Assembly (NCBI GenBank): GCA_002011125.2
Contig: MTMF02000009.1
Span: forward strand, 84,332-148,331
Source: Candidatus Hydrothermarchaeum profundi
GTDB taxonomy: Archaea > Hydrothermarchaeota > Hydrothermarchaeia > Hydrothermarchaeales > Hydrothermarchaeaceae
Direction of reading: 5' to 3'
Length of the DNA: 64,000 nt
Below are positions 20,560-31,445 of the stretch, one piece after another. The notes under the pieces are model-generated. The model was not told where the DNA came from, ran no database searches, and saw only the letters and a program-made list of their open reading frames with translations. How positions within the stretch are numbered: position 1 is the first letter of the stretch; each line of letters opens with the position of its first letter. Made by a program: the position numbers and the translations under genes.

Positions 20560-21645
20560 ATGATAGAACCTTCAGAGATGCATGAAATATTTGAAGAATA
20601 TGACAAGGATAATTTAACTATCGCTACCATAGGTAGCCATTCTGCGCTCCAGATACTTAAAGGCGGTAGAGAACTAGGGTTTAACACATTGGCCATATGC
20701 AAAAAGGGGAGAGAAGTAATATATGAAAGATTTGGAGTAGCCGATCACATTATCGTGGTTAAAGACTATCTAGAACTTCTAAGAGACGAGATAATCAACG
20801 AACTCCGAAAGAGAAATTCAATAATAGTGCCTCATGGCTCTTTGATAGCGTATGTGGGGGTAGATGCTATTGAAAACCGTCTTCCTGTCCCCCTATTTGG
20901 AAATAGAAAAATCTTAAGGTGGGAGTCTGACAGAAATCTAGAGCGGCAGTGGCTGAGTAAAGCAAATATAAAGATGCCAAAAGAAACAAAGGACCCTAGA
21001 GAGATATCTTGCCTTTCTATAGTTAAGTTTCCTGGAGCAAAAGGTGGACGAGGCTATTTCCTAGTACAAAACTACGGAGAGTTTCTTAGGAAGTCTAGAG
21101 AGATGCTGAAAAAGAAGAGGATAACCAAAGAGGATTTGGATAACGTAACCATTCAAGAGTATGTAATGGGAGCAAATATGTATCTTTCATACTTTTATTC
21201 CCCTCTCAATGATACGGTAGAGCTTTTCGGTATTGATAGAAGATGGGAAGCAAATATCGATGGTTTAACACGGATCCCAGCGATAGATCAGAGTAACGTT
21301 TACATCGAACCTAGCTATGTAGTGGTGGGAAACGCTCCTGTAGTAGCCAGAGAGTCATTGCTCGCTAAGATTTTTAGGATGGGAGACGATATAGTGGCCG
21401 TATCAAAAGAAATTGCTCCTCCTGGAATGCTTGGGCCTTTCTGCCTAGAAACAATGGTGACTCATCATCTCGAGTTTTTTGCTTTTGAAATCTCAGCTAG
21501 GATTGTTGCAGGTACTAACCCTTTCATGAATGGCTCCCCCTACAGCTATGTGCAGTACGGTTGTAATATGAGCATGGGAAAGAGAATCGCCCTAGAGTTG
21601 AGGAATGCCCTTAAAGAAAAAAAAGAACATCTTCTTATAACTTAA
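20560..21645 (+). CDS. PurP paralogue (FAICAR synthetase family)
   Basis: LTIATIGSHSALQILKGGRELGF and collinear similarity to the upstream PurP, for example PLFGNRKILRWESDR versus PLYGNRFILRAEDR. Confidence 0.8.
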   Translation: MIEPSEMHEIFEEYDKDNLTIATIGSHSALQILKGGRELGFNTLAICKKGREVIYERFGVADHIIVVKDYLELLRDEIINELRKRNSIIVPHGSLIAYVGVDAIENRLPVPLFGNRKILRWESDRNLERQWLSKANIKMPKETKDPREISCLSIVKFPGAKGGRGYFLVQNYGEFLRKSREMLKKKRITKEDLDNVTIQEYVMGANMYLSYFYSPLNDTVELFGIDRRWEANIDGLTRIPAIDQSNVYIEPSYVVVGNAPVVARESLLAKIFRMGDDIVAVSKEIAPPGMLGPFCLETMVTHHLEFFAFEISARIVAGTNPFMNGSPYSYVQYGCNMSMGKRIALELRNALKEKKEHLLIT

Positions 21646-21930
21646 TCATTCTAAAGCCTTTATAAATTCCTCAATTGGAGTAGCCGGCAGAGTTTCTATT
21701 TTCATGGTACCGGTAGCTCCTATAAGCGCACTAGTCCTCATCGCCGTCTTATCATCCGGAGCCTCAATCACACTTACCATATCATATTCCCCCAACGTTG
21801 CATATGTTTCCAGTATCCTTACTCCCTCCCTCTCTAAAACAGCGTTTGCCTCTTCATACATTCTTTTCAAGTTCCTAATGTTCTTAATCCCTTGTTCGGT
21901 AAAACTTATTAGTCTTACATAAAGAGGCAT
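21646..21930 (-). CDS. GYD-domain protein
   Basis: 94 aa, FTEQGIKNI...ATLGEYDMVSVIEAPDD pattern. Confidence 0.8.
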   Translation of the reverse strand: MPLYVRLISFTEQGIKNIRNLKRMYEEANAVLEREGVRILETYATLGEYDMVSVIEAPDDKTAMRTSALIGATGTMKIETLPATPIEEFIKALE

Positions 21931-21934
21931 AGAT

Positions 21935-22252
21935 TCACCTCCCTATCTTTACTCTCTTAACCTTATCTTCCTTCCTCCTTGGCTTGTCTCGTCTATCATC
22001 TATTTTTAAGGTAGAGACTACTCTCCTAATGCCTTTATTTACAAGAGCCTGGTGAGCCCTCTCCACTGCCCTTAGAATATCCGATAAGTTCTCGGATTCT
22101 ATTATCGTTCCCATGGGAGTGACTTCAATGTCCAGCCCTTCTTTCTCTAAAACCTTTATTGCTTCAGCGACATAGTTACCTATACTAGTATCCCCCGTAC
22201 CCACCGGGATAATTGAGAATTCAGCGATTACTGTGACTTTCTTCACAGACAA
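21935..22252 (-). CDS. MTH1187/YkoF-family (DUF77) thiamine-binding-like protein
   Basis: VIAEFSIIPVGTGDTSIGNYVAEAIKVLEKEGLDIEVTPMGTIIE. Confidence 0.8.
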   Translation of the reverse strand: MSVKKVTVIAEFSIIPVGTGDTSIGNYVAEAIKVLEKEGLDIEVTPMGTIIESENLSDILRAVERAHQALVNKGIRRVVSTLKIDDRRDKPRRKEDKVKRVKIGR

Positions 22253-22375
22253 GCCTCCTACTGTATATCTGCTCTTATCTCTTAATTAATTTTCCAATAT
22301 ACAATAAGGAAGTTGAGCATATCTTCTGCCTTTTAATACTGAAAATTAATTTATCTTTGAAATTAATATAAATCT

Positions 22376-23233
22376 ATGGAGATATATCCAATCGCGGCTG
22401 ATTCCCTTGGAACCAGATCTATGGCCACCTTAATTAAAACCAAGCAGTGTAGTATATTCATAGACCCAGGAGTAGCTCTTGGACCCAGAAGATATGGACT
22501 ACCGCCACATCCTCTCGAACTAAAAAGAATGGAAGAGCACTGGGAAATTATACGGAAATTCGCCATGAAAGTTGATATCATTATTATAACCCATTACCAC
22601 TACGATCACTACGAACCAGAAGCTCCAGAGTTATACAGAAACAAACGCCTATTTATAAAGCATCCTACAAAAAAAATCAACTACAGCCAAAAGGAAAGAG
22701 CACGATATTTTTTAGAGAAGATCGCAGGTTTGCCGGAGAGTATGGAATATTCAGATGGCAGAGAGTACATCTTCAAGGATGTTAGATTGAAATTTAGTGA
22801 TCCCGTTTTTCATGGTACAAATAAAAGGCTCGGATATGTAACGGAAGTTTCTGTAAATGATGGAGACCTATGTTTCCTATTCACTTCAGATGTAGAGGGC
22901 CCGAGTATTGAAGACCAGATAAAGTTTATAGAAAACGAAAAGCCTGATATAGTTTATCTAGACGGTCCCATGTCATATATGTTAGGATACCGCTATTCTA
23001 GGATAAGCCTTGAAGCAACAATCAAAAATATAATAAAATTGTTGAAAGATACAAATATGGGAGAACTAATAGTAGACCATCATCTCCTAAGAGATTTACA
23101 GTGGAAAGAGAAAATACAGGACGTCCTAGAAGTAGCTAAAAAACTGGATAAGAAGATTGTAACAGCTGCAGGATACTTAGGGTTGGAGGATGATCCATTA
23201 GAAGCTAAAAGAAAAGAGCTATATGGTGGATAA
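22376..23233 (+). CDS. Metallo-beta-lactamase-fold hydrolase (archaeal UPF0282-like)
   Basis: [17 protein letters not shown]...[20 protein letters not shown] and ITHYHYDH. Confidence 0.65.
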   Translation: MEIYPIAADSLGTRSMATLIKTKQCSIFIDPGVALGPRRYGLPPHPLELKRMEEHWEIIRKFAMKVDIIIITHYHYDHYEPEAPELYRNKRLFIKHPTKKINYSQKERARYFLEKIAGLPESMEYSDGREYIFKDVRLKFSDPVFHGTNKRLGYVTEVSVNDGDLCFLFTSDVEGPSIEDQIKFIENEKPDIVYLDGPMSYMLGYRYSRISLEATIKNIIKLLKDTNMGELIVDHHLLRDLQWKEKIQDVLEVAKKLDKKIVTAAGYLGLEDDPLEAKRKELYGG

Positions 23234-23235
23234 AA

Positions 23236-23562
23236 ATGGGAACATGCTCATATTGTGGCGTTAAAGAAACCATGCCTTTCAAATGCAAGTTCTGTGGAGA
23301 ACAGTTCTGTGGAGAACACCGTCTACCAGAAAACCATGAATGCTATGGATTGCAAAGGTTTAAAGAAGAAAGAAGCAAAATGCCAGAGAAATGGATCTAT
23401 GAGCCCTTCCACTCAAAAGAAAAAGCGGAAGTAGGAAGAAAAGTAGAGAAACCCCTAAATAAGAAGATTTATGAGAATATCCGAGGTATCGACTCTAGGA
23501 AGATATTATACGCTATACTAGCGATTATAATAGTGCTAACTGTTTCTCAGGTTTTAATCTGA
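23236..23562 (+). CDS. AN1-type zinc-finger protein with C-terminal TM helix
   Basis: [33 protein letters not shown] plus a hydrophobic tail [14 protein letters not shown]. Confidence 0.75.
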   Translation: MGTCSYCGVKETMPFKCKFCGEQFCGEHRLPENHECYGLQRFKEERSKMPEKWIYEPFHSKEKAEVGRKVEKPLNKKIYENIRGIDSRKILYAILAIIIVLTVSQVLI

Positions 23563-24416
23563 GCCTTGAGTTTGCCGAATGTAGTAACTCTCTCACAGTA
23601 GGAGTTGCTAGTGAAGAGGGTTCCCTCAGCTATGCATTTAGCAGAAACCCTCATTTCATCAGGCAGATCAAATTTCTCAACCGCTCTCGCTAAGATCTCC
23701 GAAACGACTGCGCTCGTAGACTTTGGAGAAGCGAGAGCCTTCCTCATAGCTGCCTTTTCTTCTTCTTCTGTTAAATAGCCATAAGATTTAGAACTCATCG
23801 ATTCTTCTAAAATATTTATTATATCCTGTATCTTGACTATCCATGCCTTTGGAGTCTGAACAACTAAAGAAGCCCGAGCCTTCTGCGGACTGCCTATCAT
23901 AGTCTTATCCCAATGAGGATGAAGTAAAATACCCCGTATCTCTGCTCCAACCTCCTTTTCAACACTAATATCCTTATTTCTATAAGCGTTTGCTCTAGCT
24001 ATTATTTTAACAAACTCTTGTTCTTTCCGGTTAGACGGTGTCTTACCTATCACCATAAGCTCACTTTCCATTTCTACCTCGCACTTACTAGCATAATCAT
24101 GCCTCTTTAGAATTTCAAGCACTATATCTTCACAAAGCCCCTCTAGCTCATATACAGGTTTTTTAGTAATCTCCTCAAGCAACTCGTTTATAGCCTCTAA
24201 ATTTCTCGACATGTGCGTGCCTTTCTGTGAGGGAGGGAGATCCACGAAGCATTTAAGATCAGCAAGTAAAATAATCGGCCTCCTACCTCTAGTAGGTATT
24301 TCCAGCAACTTTCTTACCTTTGTTACCCCCACCCTACTCAAGGATATTCTGTACTCCGGCAGCCTCATTTGGACATCTGGCAACATCTTTGAGTAAAGAA
24401 AGGTTACCGAAAGCAA
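23547..24416 (-). CDS. mptA: GTP cyclohydrolase MptA/FolE2 family (type IB/IV)
   Basis: [21 protein letters not shown] ... KGTHMSRN. The true start is probably the Met at 24386. Confidence 0.85.
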   Translation of the reverse strand: MLSVTFLYSKMLPDVQMRLPEYRISLSRVGVTKVRKLLEIPTRGRRPIILLADLKCFVDLPPSQKGTHMSRNLEAINELLEEITKKPVYELEGLCEDIVLEILKRHDYASKCEVEMESELMVIGKTPSNRKEQEFVKIIARANAYRNKDISVEKEVGAEIRGILLHPHWDKTMIGSPQKARASLVVQTPKAWIVKIQDIINILEESMSSKSYGYLTEEEEKAAMRKALASPKSTSAVVSEILARAVEKFDLPDEMRVSAKCIAEGTLFTSNSYCERVTTFGKLKAQIKT

Positions 24417-24482
24417 AGAAAATCACATATGTAGGTATAAATAGTATTAATAAAGGTAAAACCAAATGATTTATATAGAATA

Positions 24483-24992
24483 ATGAGTAAGCCTTTAAAA
24501 GAGGGGGTAAGAATGCCACCACCATTGACGGACGAAGAATTAGAGGAGTTGAGAATAAAGGCAGAAAAGTGGAGGCAGTATCTTTCTGAAAAGATTACTA
24601 GTGGACCCTCTAAAGAATTTCTAGCAGACTATGGCAGAGGGTATAGGTATTCAGATGTCTTGGATTCTCAATTAGCTGAAACTCATTTTATGGAGTATGG
24701 TAGGCTGCGTAGGATACTTAGAGATAGGGGAATAAGCGGAGAAGATGCTACCGAGTTGGATATGATAGCTAAAATACTCCATTTAGCTAGGAGCGAGATA
24801 TCAATCGTGAATCTCTTCGTATCTGCTAAAATACATTTGAGACAGCTAAACAGGCTATTAAGTTTTCTGACGGATTCTGGACTCTTGATAAAGAAGGATG
24901 ATAGATATTCTATAACCAAGCGTGGAGCTGATTTCTTATTCCATTGGCAGAGAGCCTTAGTTCTTCTAAATGGCGGAAAGGCTTTGCGATAA
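24483..24992 (+). CDS. Hypothetical protein with C-terminal winged-helix-like domain
   Basis: LNRLLSFLTDSGLLIKKDDRYSITKRGADFL resembles a wHTH recognition helix plus wing. Confidence 0.4.
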   Translation: MSKPLKEGVRMPPPLTDEELEELRIKAEKWRQYLSEKITSGPSKEFLADYGRGYRYSDVLDSQLAETHFMEYGRLRRILRDRGISGEDATELDMIAKILHLARSEISIVNLFVSAKIHLRQLNRLLSFLTDSGLLIKKDDRYSITKRGADFLFHWQRALVLLNGGKALR

Positions 24993-25038
24993 GGTAACTT
25001 ATCCGCACCTTTTTTTATATCTGCTATTTGTAGTCCAA

Positions 25039-25055
25039 AACATGTTTAACATGTT
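25039..25055. promoter_or_regulatory. Two adjacent copies of the palindromic octamer AACATGTT (candidate operator) upstream of the glcD-like operon
   Basis: The sequence AACATGTT-T-AACATGTT lies about 10 nt before a TATA-like TTATATAC and about 55 nt before the first ATG at 25110. Confidence 0.3.
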
Positions 25056-25109
25056 TACAGTAATTGTTATATACCGATTTCAGAAAATTAATAGTTAATT
25101 CTTTAAAAC

Positions 25110-26585
25110 TTGGACAATGGGATGAAAATGGGATATGGAAAGCTATCACAGACTGACATTAAAAAGCTAATTGATGTGGCGGGGGAGGAGAATGTTTTTA
25201 CAAATAAGGAGGACTTGGTTCCATACGGTAGAGACAACTGCCCGTACAAATGGTCTGAGAAATTTAGATTCATTCCAGACGTTGTTATAACTCCTATCTC
25301 CACTAGTCATGTCTCAGAGATCCTTAAGATAGCAAATGAGTTAAAAATCCCTGTTACTCAAAAAGGAGGAGGAACGGGCATGTCTGGTGGATGCGTGCCT
25401 AAATATGGCGGCATTCTTCTAGACATGAAAAAAATGGATAAAATACTAGAAGTAAACAAAGATAATCTCTATGTCGTAGTCCAGCCTGGAATTACCAATT
25501 TACGCTTAATTAAAGAACTGGAAAAACATGGGCTAATGGGTCCCCATGAGCCAGGAAGCTCTCCATCTTCTACTATTGGAGGCGCTCTTTCAACTTCAGG
25601 CGTGAATTATAGACAGGGAGTAATGGGCGCGCTTATCGACGAAATACTAGGATTAGAAGTCGTATTAGCTGATGGCGAAGTGATTAGAGCGGGTCGGAAT
25701 TCAGCTATTACGAATCTGTCTAAAAATTCAGTGGGCTATGACCTCTGTCATTTATTTGTAGGAGACTTCGGCAGCCTTGGAGTAAAAACCGCTGCAACTT
25801 TGAAGACAATCCCAATCCCTGAGGTTGAGGAAATCCATGTTGTAACATTTCCAGATTTTGAAAGCACACTTAAAGCCATATTAAAAATCCAGAGAGCCAT
25901 GCTACCAGGGATATTTACGTATACTGCTTTCGACAGGGAATACATGGAAAAAGCAAGTCAAATCTATGGCTCAGAAGTATACGGCGGAGCGGTCTTAATA
26001 GGTTTCATGGGGGATAGAGAAGTAGTAGATTACACTAGAAAGAAAGCGGAGAAATTTTGGGAAGAGTATGGCGGACAAGATATGGGGCCTGAGGAGGCTG
26101 ATGCAGAATGGGAAAACCGCTTCGATGTTTACCCGAGGATGATAGCCACCGGTAAGCCTGCAGCAAGATGGCACTATGAAGACCCGACGGTTAAAATGAC
26201 TGATCTCGCTAAAGCTCTTAAAAAGTATCACCAAATCGTAGCCAAATATGGATTCGATGACTGGGGAGGGGAGGCATGGATTTACGATCAAACCTCAACG
26301 CTTTCCGCTATCATGTACGCTGTTGATGAGACCGACGAAGACAACTGGGATAAGTATATGAAGTGCGCTAATGAAATCGTTGAGGCCGCGATTAAGATGG
26401 GGGGCTCAATATCTAACTGCCTAGGATATGATAAGAGAGGAGTTGGGAGGCATGGGCTTTCTCTACTGAAGAAGGAATATTCTACTCCAGAGCTCCGTAC
26501 TATTTATGAGATAAAAAAAGCTCTGGACCCTAATGGCATTTTAAATCCTGGAATTCTTAGTCTAGATGAAATGGAGGGAGTCTAA
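25110..26585 (+). CDS. FAD-linked oxidase (GlcD / D-lactate dehydrogenase family)
   Basis: FAD_binding_4-type N-terminus (VVITPISTSHVSEILKIANELKIPVTQKGGGTGMSGG) and C-terminal ALDPNGILNPG. Confidence 0.85.
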   Translation: MDNGMKMGYGKLSQTDIKKLIDVAGEENVFTNKEDLVPYGRDNCPYKWSEKFRFIPDVVITPISTSHVSEILKIANELKIPVTQKGGGTGMSGGCVPKYGGILLDMKKMDKILEVNKDNLYVVVQPGITNLRLIKELEKHGLMGPHEPGSSPSSTIGGALSTSGVNYRQGVMGALIDEILGLEVVLADGEVIRAGRNSAITNLSKNSVGYDLCHLFVGDFGSLGVKTAATLKTIPIPEVEEIHVVTFPDFESTLKAILKIQRAMLPGIFTYTAFDREYMEKASQIYGSEVYGGAVLIGFMGDREVVDYTRKKAEKFWEEYGGQDMGPEEADAEWENRFDVYPRMIATGKPAARWHYEDPTVKMTDLAKALKKYHQIVAKYGFDDWGGEAWIYDQTSTLSAIMYAVDETDEDNWDKYMKCANEIVEAAIKMGGSISNCLGYDKRGVGRHGLSLLKKEYSTPELRTIYEIKKALDPNGILNPGILSLDEMEGV

Positions 26586-27898
26586 TGGCTTTGAATCTTG
26601 ATTACTTTGATAAAGATCTTCTGATTTGCAATACTTGTAGATGCGGATTTTGTAGAGATGAATGTCCTTGGTATATGGCGCGGAAGGTTGAAAGTGCTTC
26701 ACCTAAAGGCGTAATGGAGGTAATACAGGCATATAGAGAAGGAGTGGTGAAACCTTCGCAACAACTTCTAGACAGGATATCCTGGTGCTTTGGATGCAGA
26801 TATTGTAAGGAGAGATGTCCTCCAAGCAATCTTCCTGAAAAGTTTAATGCACGGGTAGACCCTGGAGGCGCAGTAAAAGTGCTCCGATATGAGCTTAGGA
26901 AAAAAGGATATACTATGGGGAAATCTGCTGAAACTGTGAATAATAATGTCAAAAAGACGGGTAACCCGTTCGGTGTTGCTAAAAAAGAAAGGGCAAAGTG
27001 GGCTGAAGGACTTGATCTAAAGAAGAAAGGTAAAAGGATTTTCTTTGCTTCGTGTATGAATCCTTTGATGGGTTATGGAGAGACTATTCTCAAGATTTCA
27101 GATTCTCTAGAAAAGTTTGGGATGACTATGGAACGCCTATCAAAACTTACAGGCATACTCGAGGCAGTAAAACTCGATAGAGTATCGGCGAAGCTATTAA
27201 AAGGCACTTCAAAGAACAACGAAAAATACATTAATTCTTTGAGAAACTCTGCGAAAGTCTTGAAAAAATTAGGTATCGAATTTGGATATTTAGGTGAGGA
27301 TGAACCATGCTGTGGGTCCTCTTTTTATACTTATGGAGACTTCGACTCTTTTGAAAGCAATGCAAGAGAAGTTTATAAAAATCTAAAAGAAAGAGGAGTT
27401 GAAGAGATAATTACCCTTAACCCAATTTGTGGAGGAGTATTCAAAAACTATTATCCAGAGTTTATTCCAGGCTTCGATATAAAAGTAAAGCATTTCGTGG
27501 AAGTAGTAGCAGAAGAAGTTGATAGACAAGGAATAGAACTAAAGCTAGATAACGAAATGGATATCGCATGGCATGATCCTTGCTACCTCGCGAGGTATAT
27601 GGGTGTAACAAAAGAGGTTAGAACGCTCCTTAGAAGCATTAAGGGTCTCAACTTAAGAGAACCCGAAGCCACAGGTAATCTAACCAGATGCGATGGTGGA
27701 GGAGGACCAGAAATCATATGCCCTGATATCGCCAAAGGAGTTGCAGAATATAGAGTAAAAGAACTCATGGACACCGGAGCATCAGTTATAGCAACCTCAT
27801 GCCCCGCATGCGTCATGATGCTAGAAATAGGAAAAGCAAAGAACTATCCCGATGTCAGTATTTTTGACATTTCAGACATCATAAGCATGGCATTATAA
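26585..27898 (+). CDS. Fe-S oxidoreductase with two ferredoxin-type clusters and CCG domains (GlcF/LldF/HdrD-like)
   Basis: CNTCRCGFCRDECP and CFGCRYCKERCP, a CCG motif (EPCCGSS) and a second HDPCYLAR. The TAATG junction with the upstream FAD subunit suggests coupling. Confidence 0.8.
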   Translation: MALNLDYFDKDLLICNTCRCGFCRDECPWYMARKVESASPKGVMEVIQAYREGVVKPSQQLLDRISWCFGCRYCKERCPPSNLPEKFNARVDPGGAVKVLRYELRKKGYTMGKSAETVNNNVKKTGNPFGVAKKERAKWAEGLDLKKKGKRIFFASCMNPLMGYGETILKISDSLEKFGMTMERLSKLTGILEAVKLDRVSAKLLKGTSKNNEKYINSLRNSAKVLKKLGIEFGYLGEDEPCCGSSFYTYGDFDSFESNAREVYKNLKERGVEEIITLNPICGGVFKNYYPEFIPGFDIKVKHFVEVVAEEVDRQGIELKLDNEMDIAWHDPCYLARYMGVTKEVRTLLRSIKGLNLREPEATGNLTRCDGGGGPEIICPDIAKGVAEYRVKELMDTGASVIATSCPACVMMLEIGKAKNYPDVSIFDISDIISMAL

Positions 27899-27959
27899 AC
27901 TCTATAAGAAAAAAACTTCTACCGGGATTTCAATTATTTTCCAGAGAAACTCAGAGACG

Positions 27960-28424
27960 TCAACTTTTCTTCTTTATTTTGACAATGTCTCCAAGAGTTA
28001 ACTCCTCTTTAGTCGCTTTCTGAGTTTTTATATCTTCTTCATGAGTTTCTTCAAATAACTTTATATTAAGGGCTTTTTCAAGCTTCTTAGCTAACTTTAC
28101 ATTTGGCTGCATTTTCTCAGTTTCTAACCTAGCTATAACTGATTCTTTAACACTTATCTTCTCACCTAGTTTCTCCCGTGTTAGACTCATAGCTTCTCTC
28201 GCCTTCCTTATAATCTCCCCATAGTTTTCAACAAACTCGGGTGCTTCTATTGGTTTTGTATAGGGTATCCAGGAACTCGATGCTCTCCTAGTTTTTCTTA
28301 TAGAAGCCTTTTTCTCAGATGGAGATCCAAATCTAGCACAATGGCTGCAGACTTTCATTTCAGCCCCTTCAATTATTACAATATGGGGTTTTCCAATAGG
28401 TCGGCCACAAACCTCACATTCCAT
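27960..28424 (-). CDS. mbf1: Archaeal MBF1 (zinc ribbon + HTH transcription factor)
   Basis: N-terminal CEVCG...CSHC zinc ribbon and a C-terminal Cro/C1-type HTH (LTREKLGEKISVKESVIARLE). Confidence 0.85.
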   Translation of the reverse strand: MECEVCGRPIGKPHIVIIEGAEMKVCSHCARFGSPSEKKASIRKTRRASSSWIPYTKPIEAPEFVENYGEIIRKAREAMSLTREKLGEKISVKESVIARLETEKMQPNVKLAKKLEKALNIKLFEETHEEDIKTQKATKEELTLGDIVKIKKKS

Positions 28425-28488
28425 ATTATTTTAAATGGTAAGAAAGCTATATATAGCTAAGGGAAACGAGGGGTGATTAGAGATAGAA

Positions 28489-29730
28489 ATGGCTGAAGAC
28501 AAAAATAGCGAAATGTCAAAGTATCTTCTTAATAGAGTCAGAGAGTTAGAAAAAGAATGCGTTCAATTATCTAACGAGAATAATAGACTTAGAACGAGTT
28601 ATGCGCAGAGAATAAAATGGCTTGAAGAAAAGAAACGCCAGCTAGAAAATGAGAAGATACAGATGGAGAGGGAAATCAGGCGGTTAAGAAGCGAGATAGA
28701 ACGGATGCGGACAACTCCACTAATTATTGGAAATATCGTGGATATCCTTGAGAATGGAAAAGTTGTAGTTAAGAGTTCATCTGGGCCTCATTTCGTCGTA
28801 AATACCTCTCAGTTCATAGATAGGGAAAACCTTGTTGCAGGCGCAAGAGTCGCTCTTAACCAACAATCCTTAGCCGTAGTAGATATTCTCCCTGTAGAAA
28901 AAGACCCCGCGGTACTCGCTATGGAAATTGAGAAGAAGCCAAATGTAACCTATAATGATATAGGAGGACTGCATGCCCAGATCGAAGAGATAAAAGAAAC
29001 TGTTGAACTCCCACTGCTAAGACCCGACGCTTTCAAAAAAGTGGGGATAGAACCGCCTAAAGGTGTGTTACTTTACGGTCCTCCAGGTACTGGAAAGACC
29101 CTTCTTGCTAAAGCTGTTGCTAGCGAGACCAACTCTGTTTTCATTAAACTCATAGGCTCAGAACTGGTGAGGAAGTATATAGGGGAAGGTGCAAGACTAG
29201 TTAGGGAACTATTTAAAATGGCACGTGAGCAGGCTCCGAGTATTATCTTTGTTGATGAGCTGGACGCTATAGGAGCCAAGCGTTTGGACTCCGCTACCAG
29301 CGGAGATCGGGAAGTACAGCGCACTTTAATGCAGTTCCTAGCAGAAATGGATGGTTTTGATCCTAGAGGTGACGTGAAGATAATAGGTGCAACGAACAGG
29401 CCGGATATACTCGACCCAGCCATACTGAGACCGGGGAGATTTGACAGATTAATTGAGATACCCCTCCCAGACAAAGAAAGTAGAAAAGAGATATTCAAGA
29501 TCCATACTCGAGCAATGAATCTTACAGACGATATCGACATAGATGCTTTAGCGGTGCGGACCGAAGGGTCTTCAGGAGCTGATATAAAGGCAATTTGCAC
29601 CGAAGCGGGTATGTTCGCTATAAGAGAAGGAAGGGAGGAAGTATCCTTCTTTGATTTTGAGAGAGCTGTAATGAAAGTTCTGAGCAAATACGAAGAGGGT
29701 AAGAGAGAAGCCGGTGTAATGTATACCTGA
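28489..29730 (+). CDS. pan: Proteasome-activating nucleotidase
   Basis: Coiled coil, OB domain, AAA+ Walker A (GPPGTGKT), Walker B (IIFVDELD) and a C-terminal hydrophobic-Tyr-X tail (MYT). Confidence 0.95.
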   Translation: MAEDKNSEMSKYLLNRVRELEKECVQLSNENNRLRTSYAQRIKWLEEKKRQLENEKIQMEREIRRLRSEIERMRTTPLIIGNIVDILENGKVVVKSSSGPHFVVNTSQFIDRENLVAGARVALNQQSLAVVDILPVEKDPAVLAMEIEKKPNVTYNDIGGLHAQIEEIKETVELPLLRPDAFKKVGIEPPKGVLLYGPPGTGKTLLAKAVASETNSVFIKLIGSELVRKYIGEGARLVRELFKMAREQAPSIIFVDELDAIGAKRLDSATSGDREVQRTLMQFLAEMDGFDPRGDVKIIGATNRPDILDPAILRPGRFDRLIEIPLPDKESRKEIFKIHTRAMNLTDDIDIDALAVRTEGSSGADIKAICTEAGMFAIREGREEVSFFDFERAVMKVLSKYEEGKREAGVMYT

Positions 29731-29732
29731 AA

Positions 29733-30827
29733 CTATTTTCTAGAGATTATAGATATTATATCTCCATCCTCGACTACATGATCCAGTCCCACTCTCTGTC
29801 CACTAAATCTACTCGAGTTTCCCCAGACTTTTGCATACCTAAAATTCTTCTTTAGATTCTTATGGATTCTTTCACATATATCACCGACTGTTGCCCCTCG
29901 AACTACTATCATAGGCTCTTCCAGATCTGCTTTTCTTCCCTGCGGTTTCATATAAACTCTTATAAAGTTGAGCTTTTCGTATATGCATCGCTTTAACCTC
30001 TCAATGTTTGTGCCATTCTTTGCAGATATTGGAATATACTCCCGCATTAGCTCTTTCTCGATTTCTCTAAGATATTCCTCTCTTACAAGATCAATCTTAT
30101 TTAGTACTAATATTGAAGGCAGATAGACCCTATTGCCCGCTAACGCATCTATAAATCTCTCTAATGTTAAGTCTTCTCTTATCACAACATCAGCGTTGTG
30201 GATTTTGAATTCCATCAAGGCCCCCTTAATTTCTCTTTCACTTATTTTTGTGAGTTTAACTGTTGAACTGATGGTGATCCCACCCCTATCTTTTTTGATA
30301 AGCTTAATAAGGGGCGGTTTTTCATCTAATCTTACACCCGCCTCCCATAGCTCCTTCTTTATTATTTTATACTGATGAAGATTAAATACATCGATTAGTA
30401 TCATAAGAAGGTCTGCGTTTCTAACAATAGAGAGTATCTCTTTACCTCTCCCTCTTCCCAAAGATGCACCTTGAATTATTCCAGGAAGATCCAAAATCTG
30501 TATTTTTGCTCCATTATAAACCATCAGGCCAGGGATAACTTCAAGGGTCGTGAAATCATACACCCCTACCTCGGAATGCACATTTGTAAGCTTATTAATC
30601 AGGGTAGATTTACCCACTGATGGGAACCCGACTAAAACAACTGTAGCGTCTCCTGTTTTCTTTATAGAGAACCCGCTTCCACCTTTTTTTTCGCTCCTTT
30701 TTGAAGCTTCCTCTTTAAGCCTCGCTAACTTAGCCTTTAGCTTGCCGATATGATGTTGAGTCGCTTTATTATAGGGAGTCTTCCTTATCTCTTCTTCAAT
30801 CTCCTTTATCCTTTCCTCTATGTCCAT
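29733..30827 (-). CDS. OBG/DRG-family GTPase with C-terminal TGS domain
   Basis: GFPSVGKST (G1), DLPG (G3), NKID (G4) and TGS-like VGLDHVVEDGDIISI. Confidence 0.9.
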   Translation of the reverse strand: MDIEERIKEIEEEIRKTPYNKATQHHIGKLKAKLARLKEEASKRSEKKGGSGFSIKKTGDATVVLVGFPSVGKSTLINKLTNVHSEVGVYDFTTLEVIPGLMVYNGAKIQILDLPGIIQGASLGRGRGKEILSIVRNADLLMILIDVFNLHQYKIIKKELWEAGVRLDEKPPLIKLIKKDRGGITISSTVKLTKISEREIKGALMEFKIHNADVVIREDLTLERFIDALAGNRVYLPSILVLNKIDLVREEYLREIEKELMREYIPISAKNGTNIERLKRCIYEKLNFIRVYMKPQGRKADLEEPMIVVRGATVGDICERIHKNLKKNFRYAKVWGNSSRFSGQRVGLDHVVEDGDIISIISRK

Positions 30828-31399
30828 AGATTTGAAGAAGGGTTTCTAACGTTTATAAAATCGACTTCCTCCTTTGTGATACCGGCTTTTCTAATCTCTT
30901 TTTCAAAATCGGCTTCAGAATTTGACTTCCTCCTGATCTGCCTAATAGTCTCATAAACTTCCCAAGGGAATATCACCCATTTTTTCGTTTCTTCAACATA
31001 AAAATCAGGCTGAAACTGCGAGTGAGGCTTTTTAACTAGAGTTACTACATACAACTTCCCAGATCCTCTTTCTTTAAGATGTCGTATGACTACTTCTAGG
31101 CTCCTACCAGTATCTGCTATATCGTCAACGAGCAATATTTTTTTCCCGGACACATTAAACTGCGTAGGGTGCAAGATGAGAGGCTTATCATCTGTCTCCC
31201 CGATCGACTTGTAAAACTTAACTCTGACTGTATATATCTCATCATTATCCAATAAGTCTGATAGTATCCTTGCGGGAACCCATCCTCCACGAGCGATCCC
31301 CACTATTATATCAAAATCTATATTTTTTTCCTTAATATGCCGGGCGATCTTCTTACAATCTTCAACAATGTCATCCCATGAGAGTCTAACGTATTCCAT
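30818..31399 (-). CDS. Purine phosphoribosyltransferase (Hpt/Gpt-like)
   Basis: IVGIARGGWVPARILSD and the PRPP loop KILLVDDIADTGRSL. Confidence 0.8.
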   Translation of the reverse strand: MEYVRLSWDDIVEDCKKIARHIKEKNIDFDIIVGIARGGWVPARILSDLLDNDEIYTVRVKFYKSIGETDDKPLILHPTQFNVSGKKILLVDDIADTGRSLEVVIRHLKERGSGKLYVVTLVKKPHSQFQPDFYVEETKKWVIFPWEVYETIRQIRRKSNSEADFEKEIRKAGITKEEVDFINVRNPSSNLWT

Positions 31400-31445
31400 C
31401 CTATCAGCTTATTGCAAAAATAATCGATAAACATATATTAAAATT

